From contig CP064982.1 of the NCBI GenBank assembly GCA_016699595.1, positions 276,563 through 340,562 on the forward strand: DNA of 64,000 nt, given 5' to 3'. Shown in pieces: positions 38,469 through 48,640 of this stretch. Source of the DNA: a bacterium (lineage in GTDB: Bacteria > Patescibacteriota > Dojkabacteria > GCA-016699595). The notes below the pieces were generated by a model. The model ran no database searches and was not told the DNA's origin. It saw only the letters and a list, made by a program, of their open reading frames with translations. Made by a program: the position numbers and the translations under genes. Each line of letters opens with the position of its first letter. Position 1 is the stretch's first letter.

Positions 38469-40685
38469 ATGACAAGCATGCTTGATCTACGATTACTAAA
38501 TGAAAAACAAAAAGATGCTGTAGAAAGTTTGACGGGTCCGGTTTTAGTTTTAGCGGGAGCTGGTTCTGGAAAAACAAAAGCTTTGACATATAGAATTGCA
38601 AATATTTTGGAACAGAATTTAGCTACAGAACAAGAAATTTTGGCAGTTACATTCACAAATAAAGCTGCTACCGAGATGAAGGAAAGAGTCATGAAACTTT
38701 TGATAAATTCAAGCACTTCATTTCAACACTCAGAAGAACACAACAGCACAAAAGCCATTACTTTCATGGGAACTTTTCATTCGATTTGTGTGAAAATATT
38801 GAGAACTGATGGAAAGAAAATCGGAACATTGCCAAACTTTGTCATTTATGATGAAGATGATGCAGTAGATGCAATCAAGTCAACTTACGAAAAACTTGGG
38901 CTAAATATCAAAGAACTTAACCCTAAAGCTGTAAAAGCTACAATTAGTTCTGCTAAAAACGAACTAATTGACACTGTTCAATTTCAAAATTTGGCTCAAG
39001 GATATTATCAAAATAATGTTGCGAAAGTATATATAGAATATCAAAAAGTCTTGAAAGAATCAAGCGCGCTGGATTTTGATGATCTGATAATGAAAGTTAT
39101 CAATTTGTTTGAAGGTTCAGATGAAACTTTGCAAAAGTACCAAAGTAAATTTAAATATATCTTAGTTGATGAGTATCAAGATACAAATCACGCTCAATAC
39201 AAACTTGTGAAATTACTTGCAGAGAAGTACAAAAATATTTGCGTTGTTGGTGATGAAGATCAATCAATTTATAAATTTCGAGGTTCAGATATCAGGAATA
39301 TTCTTAATTTTGAAAGAGACTTTCCTGGTTGCAAGATTATCAAGCTTGAACAAAATTATAGATCAACTGAAGTTATTTTGAACTCTGCAAATTCAATTAT
39401 CAAAAAAAACTCTCAAAGGCTAGAGAAAAGTATGTGGACTCAAGTTTCTGGAGGTGAACTTATAACTCAACATCAAGCTGAAGATGAAAAGGCGGAATCA
39501 AAGTATATTGCAGACAAAATTGAAGAAATTATTGATAATAAAGCTGACCAAAGTATTGTTTTAAGTATTGGCGTGCTTTATAGATCAAACGCTCAATCTA
39601 GAAACATTGAAGAAGCTTTGATCCAAAAAGGGATTCCTTATCGACTTGTTGGGGGAATAAGGTTTTATGAAAGAAAGGAAATAAAAGATGTTATTGCTTA
39701 TTTGCGAGTTTTGATCAATCCAAAAGACACATTATCTTTGATGCGCATAATAAATACTCCTCGTCGTGAAGTTGGGAAGAAAGTGTTGAGTGAGCTTGAA
39801 ACTTTGTCAAGAGAGCATAATCTTAGTATTGGAGAGCTTTTGCTTGATGAATATAGTAATATTCAAGTTGAATCCCATGCTATAGGTTCGGTAATAAAGT
39901 TATTTAGAAATTTGAAAAGCAAGCTAAATGAAATTGATTTGCCTAATTTTATAGATTACTTGATAACTGAAACAGGTTACAAAAGTTTTTTGGATGACGG
40001 AACAGAAGAAGGAAAAGCCAGGTTAGAAAATATTTTTGAACTAAAGTCAGCTTGTGAAAAGTTTGTAAACAATGAAATTAATTTTGAAGAAAATCTTTCT
40101 AAGTTTTTGGAACAAATTGCACTTTTGGAAAGTGATGAAATGGCAAAGGAGAAGGAAAATAGATTGAATTATTTAGAAGAGAAGTTTAAGGTCAAAGTGA
40201 ATTTGATGACCATACATGCATCAAAGGGACTAGAGTTTGATTTTGTTTTTTTGCCAGGATTTGAAGAGAATTTATTTCCACATTCAAGAAGTTTGCTTGA
40301 AGTAGAAGAACTCGAAGAAGAACGCAGACTTGCGTATGTTGCTGTAACAAGAGCTAGATCAAAGCTTTTTATACTTCATGCATATACCAGAAGATACTTT
40401 GGAGCCAAACAAACAAACCCACTGAGTCGTTTTGCTGAAGATATACCAGAAGTTTACAAAGAAGTTGAAGAGTTTGATGGAGCTTATAACAATTTTAGTT
40501 ACTCAAAAAGTAGTAAATTTGATTTTGATGATTTTGAATTTGAAAGTGAATCTAAATTTGAAAAAACTTATCCGAGCTTAGGTGAAGAATTGAAAAACAG
40601 AAAGAAAAGTTACTCTTCAAAGTATAATAATTATACAGCTGGCAAAAAATATGAGGACATGGACAATATAGTTACTGATTGGTAG
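38469..40685 (+). CDS. pcrA: UvrD/PcrA-family ATP-dependent DNA helicase.
   Basis: 'LVLAGAGSGKTKALTYRIA' (motif I), 'ILVDEYQDTNHAQY' (motif II), and 'VAVTRARSKLFIL' (motif VI). Confidence 0.9.
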   Translation: MTSMLDLRLLNEKQKDAVESLTGPVLVLAGAGSGKTKALTYRIANILEQNLATEQEILAVTFTNKAATEMKERVMKLLINSSTSFQHSEEHNSTKAITFMGTFHSICVKILRTDGKKIGTLPNFVIYDEDDAVDAIKSTYEKLGLNIKELNPKAVKATISSAKNELIDTVQFQNLAQGYYQNNVAKVYIEYQKVLKESSALDFDDLIMKVINLFEGSDETLQKYQSKFKYILVDEYQDTNHAQYKLVKLLAEKYKNICVVGDEDQSIYKFRGSDIRNILNFERDFPGCKIIKLEQNYRSTEVILNSANSIIKKNSQRLEKSMWTQVSGGELITQHQAEDEKAESKYIADKIEEIIDNKADQSIVLSIGVLYRSNAQSRNIEEALIQKGIPYRLVGGIRFYERKEIKDVIAYLRVLINPKDTLSLMRIINTPRREVGKKVLSELETLSREHNLSIGELLLDEYSNIQVESHAIGSVIKLFRNLKSKLNEIDLPNFIDYLITETGYKSFLDDGTEEGKARLENIFELKSACEKFVNNEINFEENLSKFLEQIALLESDEMAKEKENRLNYLEEKFKVKVNLMTIHASKGLEFDFVFLPGFEENLFPHSRSLLEVEELEEERRLAYVAVTRARSKLFILHAYTRRYFGAKQTNPLSRFAEDIPEVYKEVEEFDGAYNNFSYSKSSKFDFDDFEFESESKFEKTYPSLGEELKNRKKSYSSKYNNYTAGKKYEDMDNIVTDW

Positions 40686-41970
40686 ACAATATCTCGTCAA
40701 CAATTTTTTCTGCAGCATCTTCTTTTGCGTACAAACTTGTTTTGGAAATTGTATCTTCAAAACCAACATTATTCAGATTTTTTCCCAATCTTTTATATTC
40801 CAAAACATCATATATTCTATTATTTAAGATTTCTGGCGTTAAGTCTTTCTGATAAATCACTTTGGCAAGTCCAAGCTCTTCCAAAAACTCAGCTTGTCGT
40901 TCCTGTTCATTTCCTGAAGTTCCGGGAATTGGTATCAAAATGCAATGTTTGTTCATAAACATATATTCAAAGCTAGAATTCGCTCCACTTCTTGAAATGA
41001 CGAGATCTGCTAATGAAAGTACTTCAGCTAAATCATATTCATTGATAAATTCTCTAGGTAAGTAAAATTGAGATAGTTGATCAGGTAGATTTACTTTCAG
41101 TGCAATAGCCTTTTCATAATCCTGCGTCAAGCTACTTGATCCAGTTTGATGGATAATTGTGAAATCATTCAAAATAACTGGCAATAGTTTGAAAATATTC
41201 TCGTTTATAATGTGCGAACCTTGATTACCTCCCAATATCAGTATAATCTTCGTTTCATTGGAATTTTTTGTTGCATCAAATCTAAAATTATAATGATTCA
41301 AAAGCAAATCAGCTATAGGCTTTTCGCTAAACTTATGCCAATTATAATTGACTACACCACCATTTTCCTGAATCTCCTCTCTTTTCAAGACGAAAGCTTG
41401 TCTTATAGGATTACCAGTAAATACTAGTTTTTTTTCTGCAAAAAATCTTTTTGAGCTCTTCCAACTAATAAATACCTTATGAGCAAAAAAAGATATTATC
41501 CTATTTGATAATCCAGGTTTAATGACTTGCTCATGAGTATAAATTGTGATTTTTTGGAATTTTCCAGCAATAACAATTGGCAATGCTAGATAGCCTCCAA
41601 ACGATAAAATAACTTTCGGACTTTCTTCTTTTACAATTTTTCTTGCTTGAAAAAATCCTTTTGGGATGGATAACAGTGATTTCAGAGCTGGGCGAAATGA
41701 GCCTTTGAAACTTCTGAAAACTTTTCCACTTTGAAGCTCAATGAAAGGGATACTTTTTGAACTAACAATCCTATACTCAGCAGAAAGATTCTGATCTCCA
41801 GTTTGTGAATACTTATGTCCAACCCAACAAATATTTCTGTATCCCCTACTTTGTAATTCATCTATCACTGCAAATGCTGGTGTCATATGCCCTCCAGTTA
41901 TCATTATTTTGTCTGTTTTGTCTAGTTTAAATTTATTCATACTTTTGTGAAAACAAGATTCCAAGTCCAA
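40672..41970 (-). CDS. murG: MurG-like GT28 glycosyltransferase (UDP-GlcNAc:lipid I transferase), longer than typical MurG.
   Basis: N-terminal 'ITGGHMTPAFAVIDEL' (compare GGTGGHVFPALAVA) and a C-terminal UDP-binding region '…GANSSFEYMF…IPIPGTSGNEQERQAEFLEELGLA'. Overlaps ftsW by 38 nt, as in dcw clusters. Confidence 0.75.
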   Translation of the reverse strand: MDLESCFHKSMNKFKLDKTDKIMITGGHMTPAFAVIDELQSRGYRNICWVGHKYSQTGDQNLSAEYRIVSSKSIPFIELQSGKVFRSFKGSFRPALKSLLSIPKGFFQARKIVKEESPKVILSFGGYLALPIVIAGKFQKITIYTHEQVIKPGLSNRIISFFAHKVFISWKSSKRFFAEKKLVFTGNPIRQAFVLKREEIQENGGVVNYNWHKFSEKPIADLLLNHYNFRFDATKNSNETKIILILGGNQGSHIINENIFKLLPVILNDFTIIHQTGSSSLTQDYEKAIALKVNLPDQLSQFYLPREFINEYDLAEVLSLADLVISRSGANSSFEYMFMNKHCILIPIPGTSGNEQERQAEFLEELGLAKVIYQKDLTPEILNNRIYDVLEYKRLGKNLNNVGFEDTISKTSLYAKEDAAEKIVDEILSTNQ

Positions 41971-43312
41971 TCATTAGTGCCAAAAGTGAACTCCCTCCGT
42001 AACTTATAAATGGTAAGGTAAGACCTTTGAAAGGTATCAGTGATACATTGGCAGCAATATTTATAAATGACTGAAAGCCAAACCAGGATATTATACCAAT
42101 TACTAGAAGTCTGTGTTGTAGAAGTTTATGCTCATTAGAAAAATTTATACCCTTCAATACAATGAACAAAATAAACAAAACTAATGCTAAAGAACCAACA
42201 AAACCCAATTCTTCTGCAATCACTGCAAAAATAGTATCTGTATAACTAGTTTGATCTACTAGGTATGCATATTTTTGCTTTGATTCGCCTAAACCAAGCC
42301 CTGAAATTCCACCAGAACCTATAGCTATAAGAACTTGTTGAATTTGATAACCAGAACTTAGTGCCAACTCTTTTGACAATCTTCCCGTGGTTAAAACTTC
42401 AGTATATACTTCAAATCTACCTACTCTATAGCTTTCAAAACTAATCATTGCTACTACAGAAATTGCACCCAAAGTCAAAATCAAGAAACTCGAAAAAAAG
42501 TTTAGCTTTGAATTTGCGGAAAAAACAAAAAGTACTAAAGCAATAAATCCAATTACTATAATGCTACCTAAATCCTTTTGAAATACTATAGGTACTAAAG
42601 TAATGGTTATAAGAATACAAAATGGCAAAAATTTTTTCAAAAGAAAACTTTTGGTATATTCTATGAAATCATTGTTTTTAATCTCTTTCTCAACTTTTGG
42701 CAACCAAAATGCTAGATACAATATCAAAATAGGTTTGACTATCTCAGAAAACTGAATGGTAAATCCGCCAATACTTATCCATCGCCTCGCTCCATTCACT
42801 ACTACACCGATTGATGGAACTAATGTCAAAAATAGACCTAGTAGAGAAAGACCTAAGAGAAGTAAACTAAATTTGCTCAAAACTTCACTTCTAAATCTGG
42901 ATATAAGTAATGTCAAAAAGCTTCCAATACCCAAAAAAAGCAAATGGCGAAAGAGTACTGCAAATTGATTATAGTAAGGAGCTCTAGAAGATACAACAGC
43001 AGAAGCATCAAATACAAAAAGCACTCCGAAAACAATGAGTCCAATAAATCCAAATAACAAGCCTTTATCTATGCTTACAAGTACACCTTTTTTGATTAGT
43101 TCCCTGACTTCAACATTTTCTTTACATTTCCTCTTATCGTTCTGTGTTTTTGATTGGGCGTTTTGATGATAAGTCTGTTTCGCTTTGATGTTTCTCTTAT
43201 CAGGTGATAGATTGTTTTTCACTTTCTTCACTTCAGAAGCTTTATATTTATTACCTAACTCCTTACTCCCCCAATATGATATATTACTTTTTGAAACATT
43301 ATTATTCAACAC
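41933..43312 (-). CDS. ftsW: SEDS-family peptidoglycan polymerase FtsW/RodA with a Lys-rich N-terminal extension of about 90 aa.
   Basis: Ten-TM pattern and the SEDS signature '…VDQTSYTDTIFAVIAEELGFVGS…'. Confidence 0.85.
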   Translation of the reverse strand: MLNNNVSKSNISYWGSKELGNKYKASEVKKVKNNLSPDKRNIKAKQTYHQNAQSKTQNDKRKCKENVEVRELIKKGVLVSIDKGLLFGFIGLIVFGVLFVFDASAVVSSRAPYYNQFAVLFRHLLFLGIGSFLTLLISRFRSEVLSKFSLLLLGLSLLGLFLTLVPSIGVVVNGARRWISIGGFTIQFSEIVKPILILYLAFWLPKVEKEIKNNDFIEYTKSFLLKKFLPFCILITITLVPIVFQKDLGSIIVIGFIALVLFVFSANSKLNFFSSFLILTLGAISVVAMISFESYRVGRFEVYTEVLTTGRLSKELALSSGYQIQQVLIAIGSGGISGLGLGESKQKYAYLVDQTSYTDTIFAVIAEELGFVGSLALVLFILFIVLKGINFSNEHKLLQHRLLVIGIISWFGFQSFINIAANVSLIPFKGLTLPFISYGGSSLLALMIGLGILFSQKYE

Positions 43313-43417
43313 TAAATTAATTTTAATAGTTACAACTATTTATTTCAAGAATATATAGAACTTGACGCTTTTGAATATAATTTGAAAGTGTTATAATTTT
43401 TATATATTTGAAAATGC

Positions 43418-43705
43418 ATGAAAATCTCACAAAGTACCAAGATAACATATATTTCGGAAAACTTTCCACATATCGCAAAATATCTAGAAGTTGAGTGGGG
43501 ATTTCATTGTATGAATTGTATAATGGCTGGATTTGATACTTTAGAGTCAGCTGCTTTGATTCATGATATTCAAGAAGAAGATCTTGTAATTTTGCTAAAG
43601 GTTATAAATGATATGGTAGAAGTTAATGATGGTGAGCTTAAAGATTATGAGAATGAACAAAAACGAGTTTCGCGCAAATTATCACAAACTAAAACTAATG
43701 AATAA
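43418..43705 (+). CDS. DUF1858-domain protein (ScdA-N-like redox disulfide domain).
   Basis: '…WGFHCMNCIMAGFDTLESAALIHDIQEEDLVILLKVIN' fits the DUF1858 pattern G(F/M)HCxGC…E(T)LExAAxxHGI…L…LN. Confidence 0.55.
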   Translation: MKISQSTKITYISENFPHIAKYLEVEWGFHCMNCIMAGFDTLESAALIHDIQEEDLVILLKVINDMVEVNDGELKDYENEQKRVSRKLSQTKTNE

Positions 43706-43804
43706 ATTTTTTGATATACTAAAAATAATATTGAAGATAGTATTGATTTTATCGATAATCATGATAACTGTGGTAGCAATGTTCAATTTGATCCCGAACT
43801 TATC

Positions 43805-44206
43805 TTAAATCTGGCTGTCAAGTATCAGATTTACAAGCCTATCAGCAAGTTTATTTTCTTCTCTTGGTATATGAGAAATCTTATAACCTTCAAACTTTTC
43901 TAATAGTTTTTTGACTTTAGTAAATAATTCTTTCATCTTTTCATCCTTGACTTGATACTTACCTAGCAATTGCTGAACTATAAGTTCGCTGTCCATCTGA
44001 ATTTCTATTTGAGCAAGCTTTTTCCTTGAACAGTATTCAAGACCCAGTAGTAAGCCGTTGTATTCGGCAACATTATTTGTTGCGTTTTGCATATACTTAG
44101 CATCACAATATATGACTTCAGATTCTTTATAAATTACACATGAATATGCAGCTGGTCCAGGATTTCCTCTAGAGCCACCATCAGTTTTGAGCAAGTAGAT
44201 TGACAT
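43805..44206 (-). CDS. rnhA: Ribonuclease HI-like.
   Basis: 'LKTDGGSRGNPGPAAYS' and downstream 'NNVAEYNGLLLGLE' (catalytic D-E-D region) fit the RNase H fold. Confidence 0.75.
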   Translation of the reverse strand: MSIYLLKTDGGSRGNPGPAAYSCVIYKESEVIYCDAKYMQNATNNVAEYNGLLLGLEYCSRKKLAQIEIQMDSELIVQQLLGKYQVKDEKMKELFTKVKKLLEKFEGYKISHIPREENKLADRLVNLILDSQI

Positions 44207-44324
44207 AGTGTTATTTTACATTATAAACATACATACTGAATTTAAGAATTAGAAAATCAAACTATAAGTAGTAATTATAAAGAAAACATTGAATCACAAT
44301 TCCAAAATTTCGTTTGATTAAATA

Positions 44325-46265
44325 TCAATTTCTCAATGCAGCTAAAAATGCTTCTTTGGGAACTTCTACTGATCCAAAAGTTTTTAACCTTTCTTTTCCT
44401 TTTTTCTGAGCTTGAAGAAGTTTTTTCTTTCTTTCTACATGACCTCCACTCATACCAGCCAAAACATCTTTTCTATATTGCGGTATAGTTTCACGAGCTA
44501 CTATCTTCATCCCTATCGCAGCTTGAATCGGGATCGGAAATTGTTGTCTAGGTATAAGATCCTTCAATTTTTCAACCAATCTTCTTCCTCTTGCATCTGC
44601 AGAAGTCCTATGAGACAAAAATGACAAAGGTTCTGAAGCTTCATGATTTACCAAAATATCTACTTTCACAATATCAGAAACTCTGAATTCAAAAAAATTG
44701 TAATCCATCGAAGCATATCCTTGAGATACGGATTTCAATCTATCAAAAAAATCTGTAATGATTTCATTACTAGGAACTTCATACTTGACTTGAACATACT
44801 TTTTTGAACCTGTTGTAGAAAGATATTCAGTTGATTTATATTCAGCTCTCTTTTCCGAACATAGTTGCATAATAGGTCCTATGTATTCCTCTGGAGTAAT
44901 TATTTCCAATTTAGAATAAGGTTCCAGTACTTGATCAATATATGCAATGTCAGGAAACTTTGTAACTGATTTCAAGATATAGTAACCATTATCGTCAAAA
45001 TCATCTGTAGTGCCCAATCCTTTTAGCATTTGGACTGACTTTTGAATTACATTTTCTATATTTTCATCATAATTTATATTTTTCAATTTTATCTTATATT
45101 CAACACTTGGAACAGTTGTAATCAAATTTAGGTTAAATTCACGCTCCAATCTTTCTTGAGTTATCTCCATATGAAGCAAACCTAAATAACCACAAAGAAA
45201 ACCTGATCCAAGTGCAGGAGAAGTTATTTTTTGATAATTTAGTGCTGCATCATTCATAGCAAGCTTCTCCAAACTTTCAGAAAAAGTCAAAAACTCATCT
45301 GCATCAACTGGGAACAAAGATGCAAAAACCATTGACTTTGCAGGTTGATATCCAGGTAATTTTAATTTTGATTCTTCTGTTGAATTTTGAGTAGCAAGTG
45401 ACTTATTTGTATCTGCATAACTATATGATGTGACAGTATCTCCAGTATGGATTTTCTTCAAATCTTTCAAACCGGTTGCTATATATCCAACTTCACCATT
45501 TCTCAATTCACTTGATGCAAAAAAACTCGGAGTTATATAGCCAATTTCAATTGGTGTAACTTCAGTATCAGTTCCAAGAAATTTGACCTTGTCATTTTTT
45601 TGAATTTTTCCTGAAAATATCCTAACTAAAGCAATTGCACCTTTGTGTTCATGAAAAAAAGAGTCAAAAACCAAAGCACGAAAAACTTCATTATTTCGAT
45701 TACTTTCAATTACATTTTTCTTGCTCGGACTTGGGATTCTTTCTATAATTTGATCCAAAATTTCAGTTACACCAGCTCCCGTTTTTCCTGAACAACACAA
45801 AATTTCATCTCGAGAAAATCCTAAAGTATGAACTATCTCATCTTTTGTTTCTTCAACTTGAGCTGATGGAAGATCAATTTTATTTATAACAGGAATTATT
45901 TTCAAATCTTGCTCCATAGCAGCATAAAAGACTGACAAAGTTTGAGCTTGTATTCCTTGAGTTGCATCAACTAAAAGTAAACATCCTTCACAAGCAGCAA
46001 GTGAGCGACTTACCTCATAGCTAAAGTCAACATGACCCGGAGTATCTATCAGGTTCAAAACATGATTTTTATAATTCATTCTTGCACTTTGAAGTTTGAT
46101 AGTGATTCCGCGCTCTTGTTCAAGTTCCAAAGTATCCAAAACTCGCTCTTTATCTTTCATTTCGCGTTCAGTAACTGAACCTGTTATCTCAAGAATTCTG
46201 TCAGCTAAAGTTGATTTTCCGTGATCAATATGTGCAATTATGCAAAAATTTCGAATTTGGTCCAT
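44325..46265 (-). CDS. lepA: Elongation factor 4 (LepA).
   Basis: 'IRNFCIIAHIDHGKSTLADRILE', 'DTPGHVDF', and the LepA-specific C-terminal domain. Confidence 0.95.
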   Translation of the reverse strand: MDQIRNFCIIAHIDHGKSTLADRILEITGSVTEREMKDKERVLDTLELEQERGITIKLQSARMNYKNHVLNLIDTPGHVDFSYEVSRSLAACEGCLLLVDATQGIQAQTLSVFYAAMEQDLKIIPVINKIDLPSAQVEETKDEIVHTLGFSRDEILCCSGKTGAGVTEILDQIIERIPSPSKKNVIESNRNNEVFRALVFDSFFHEHKGAIALVRIFSGKIQKNDKVKFLGTDTEVTPIEIGYITPSFFASSELRNGEVGYIATGLKDLKKIHTGDTVTSYSYADTNKSLATQNSTEESKLKLPGYQPAKSMVFASLFPVDADEFLTFSESLEKLAMNDAALNYQKITSPALGSGFLCGYLGLLHMEITQERLEREFNLNLITTVPSVEYKIKLKNINYDENIENVIQKSVQMLKGLGTTDDFDDNGYYILKSVTKFPDIAYIDQVLEPYSKLEIITPEEYIGPIMQLCSEKRAEYKSTEYLSTTGSKKYVQVKYEVPSNEIITDFFDRLKSVSQGYASMDYNFFEFRVSDIVKVDILVNHEASEPLSFLSHRTSADARGRRLVEKLKDLIPRQQFPIPIQAAIGMKIVARETIPQYRKDVLAGMSGGHVERKKKLLQAQKKGKERLKTFGSVEVPKEAFLAALRN

Positions 46266-46346
46266 AGTTAAATTGTTTAATATTTTACAAGATTATAGCA
46301 AAATTATTTTATTTTAATTTTGTACCATTGATTATATAATATAAAT

Positions 46347-47030
46347 ATGTCGCAACATCGTTTTTTCGTACAAAATCTAAATAATAAACCTATCTTAAAT
46401 AAAAAAGAAATTGAACATGCAAGAAAAGTTTTGAGAATGAATATCGGCGATAATTTTATTGCTTTTGATGGCTTTGGGAATGTTTGGACTTGCGAGTTTG
46501 AGAATGATTTTAATCTCAAAGTTATCCAACATCAATTTATTGAAAAAGATAGACATATTTCAAGACTGATAATTAGTTTATTTAAATTTGATAGACTTGA
46601 ATGGGCAATTGAAAAATGTACTGAACTTGGAATTGATGAAATAATATTTACCAAAACAAAGTTTTCTCAAATTGATTTAAATTTAGCTGAAAAAAAACTT
46701 GCCAGATGGAAAGAAATAACAATTTCTGCAAGTAAACAGTGTGAAAGAATTTACATCCCAGAACTTAAGGTGATGAAACCAGAACAAGTTTTGAAACTAA
46801 ATGGAAGAAAGTTTATTGGAGTTACAGAGTTCGAAGTGAAAAAAAACTTTAACTCTTTCCCTTGGAAAAATTCTTGTGAAATTTCATTATTTATAGGTCC
46901 TGAAGGTGGATTTGAGAAGCAAGAACTAGAAGAAGTTATTAGCGCAGGTTTTGAACCTGTAAAAATATCTAACAGTATTTTAAGATCAGAAACTGCATGT
47001 ATGGTGGGCAGTTTCTTGATCTCGGAGTAA
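46347..47030 (+). CDS. rsmE: 16S rRNA (uracil1498-N3)-methyltransferase RsmE.
   Basis: N-terminal 'HRFFV', a PUA-like region, and C-terminal 'IGPEGGFEKQELEE…ILRSETA'. Confidence 0.8.
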   Translation: MSQHRFFVQNLNNKPILNKKEIEHARKVLRMNIGDNFIAFDGFGNVWTCEFENDFNLKVIQHQFIEKDRHISRLIISLFKFDRLEWAIEKCTELGIDEIIFTKTKFSQIDLNLAEKKLARWKEITISASKQCERIYIPELKVMKPEQVLKLNGRKFIGVTEFEVKKNFNSFPWKNSCEISLFIGPEGGFEKQELEEVISAGFEPVKISNSILRSETACMVGSFLISE

Positions 47031-47052
47031 TAGTATTTTTAATAGGATAGAA

Positions 47053-48465
47053 TTAAAGATAGGGTTGTATCTCTTCCACACTCACTCTTTCCTGCTTCAT
47101 ACTATCACGATATCTTACGGTTACCGTTCCATCTTTCAAAGTATCATAATCAATAGTTATACAAACTGGAGTTCCAATTTCGTCTTGCCTTCTATATCTT
47201 TTGCCAATTGAGCCTGACTCATCATACTCAACTATTCCTTGATAAGTATTGTACAAAATTTCCTTGCATTTTTTATATACTTCTTTAGCTTTCAAGCTTA
47301 ACTCTTCTTTTTTCATCAAAGGTAAAACTGCAACTTTGACAGGTGCAAGTCTTTTGTCTAACTTTAGCACTAATCTAGTTTCTCCATTTTCCAAATTTTC
47401 CTCAGTATATGCACTATCCAAAAACATCAGAAATTGTCTAGCAACTCCAGTTGAAGTTTCCATGATATGCGGAACAAATCTTTCTTCAGTTATTTGATCA
47501 AAATAATCCAGTTTCACTCCAGAAAACTTGGAATGTTGCGACAAATCCCAATCTCCTCTTGCATGAATTCCTTCAATTTCTTTGAAACTATCTTTCATAC
47601 ATTTAAATTTGTACTCAATATCATAAGCATCACTTGCATAATGTGCTAGTTTTTCATGTTTGTACCAATGCAGTCTATCTTCAGCAATCCCATATTCTTT
47701 AAACCAATTCCATCTAACTTGTTTCCAGTCTTCATATAATTCTTTAGTATCTTTTGGATTATGAAAATATTGCATTTCCATTTGTTCAAATTCACGAGTT
47801 CGAAATATAAACTGCCTTGCGACTATTTCATTTCGAAATGCTTTTCCAATTTGTGCAATTCCAAATGGTAATTTCATAGATTGTGAAGTCAAAACATTTT
47901 TGTACTCAAGATAAATTCCACCACAAGTTTCAGGTCTCATATAAACCACATTTTCTTCTGATAATGTATCAGTTGGCGAGCCTAAGTTTGTTTTGACCAT
48001 CAAACTAAATACTTTCGCTTCAGTAAAATCTTTGTTTCCGCAATTTGCACATTTCAACTTTCCTTCTGATTTTAATTTATCTAATTCAGCGTTGATAAAT
48101 TCTAAAGGTTGTTTGTCTGCAGAAACTCCAAATTCTTCAAGTATATGATCAGCTCGATATCTAGCTTTGCAAGTTTTACAGTCAATTTGAGGATCATTAA
48201 ATCCATCTACATGCCCTGAAGCTTTCCAAGTTATAGGATGCATGAAAATTCCAGAATCAAGTGCAACAATATCTTCTCTATCTTGGATCATGCTTTTCAT
48301 CCAAGCATTTTTGATATTATTGGCAAATAAATATCCATAATGACCATAATCATAAACAGCAGCAAAACCTCCATAAATTTCAGAACTTGGAAAGACAAAT
48401 GCATTTTGTTTGCAAAATGATGCAATGGATTCTAGATTAAGTTGTTTGTTATTATTTATAGTCAT
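47053..48465 (-). CDS. glyQS: Glycine--tRNA ligase (dimeric GlyQS type). True start is most likely the ATG at 48465 (MTINNNKQ…). The tabulated TTG at 48492 lies inside the leader terminator stem.
   Basis: 'FVFPSSEIYGGFAAVYDYGHYG' and overall class II GlyRS architecture. The ATG at 48463-48465 follows the terminator and T-run of the T-box leader. Confidence 0.9.
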   Translation of the reverse strand: MTINNNKQLNLESIASFCKQNAFVFPSSEIYGGFAAVYDYGHYGYLFANNIKNAWMKSMIQDREDIVALDSGIFMHPITWKASGHVDGFNDPQIDCKTCKARYRADHILEEFGVSADKQPLEFINAELDKLKSEGKLKCANCGNKDFTEAKVFSLMVKTNLGSPTDTLSEENVVYMRPETCGGIYLEYKNVLTSQSMKLPFGIAQIGKAFRNEIVARQFIFRTREFEQMEMQYFHNPKDTKELYEDWKQVRWNWFKEYGIAEDRLHWYKHEKLAHYASDAYDIEYKFKCMKDSFKEIEGIHARGDWDLSQHSKFSGVKLDYFDQITEERFVPHIMETSTGVARQFLMFLDSAYTEENLENGETRLVLKLDKRLAPVKVAVLPLMKKEELSLKAKEVYKKCKEILYNTYQGIVEYDESGSIGKRYRRQDEIGTPVCITIDYDTLKDGTVTVRYRDSMKQERVSVEEIQPYL

Positions 48466-48640
48466 ATTTATAGTATAAAAAAACCTCAACAAGCAACGCT
48501 GTTGCCTGTTGAGGACGAAATAAAATATTTACTCGTGGTTCCACCTCAATTACTTCTTATATTATTGAATTGTTGAAACTCAATTTGCCAAATTGAGGTA
48601 GTTATGAAAGCAACTTATTTGCTAGCAAATTTTGTATAAA
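48466..48640 (-). promoter_or_regulatory. T-box riboswitch leader of glyQS: stem I region with a candidate GGC-A specifier, the T-box sequence, and an antiterminator/terminator pair.
   Basis: Minus-strand 'AAUUGAGGUGGAACCACG' (plus 48534-48551) matches the T-box consensus AAUUAGGGUGGNACCGCG. It can pair with the 5' arm of the terminator (CCUCAA) to form an antiterminator whose UGGA bulge would read the UCCA end of tRNA-Gly. 'UUUGGCAAA' lies upstream in the leader. Confidence 0.7.
48477..48514 (-). terminator. Intrinsic terminator of the glyQS T-box leader.
   Basis: Near-perfect hairpin 'cctcaacagGcaacagcgttgcTtgttgagg' followed on the minus strand by a U7 tract (plus 48477-48483 'aaaaaaa'). 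Confidence 0.7.

Noticed and set aside
38462-38716. 84-aa minus-strand ORF at the pcrA start
   Set aside because: Overlaps the pcrA N-terminus, which carries a conserved Walker A. Antisense.
43313-43417. Candidate sigma-70 promoter (TTGACG … TGTTATAAT) upstream of the DUF1858 gene
   Set aside because: -35/-10 spacing (23 or 14 nt) does not fit a canonical promoter, and the region is too AT-rich to call hexamers reliably.
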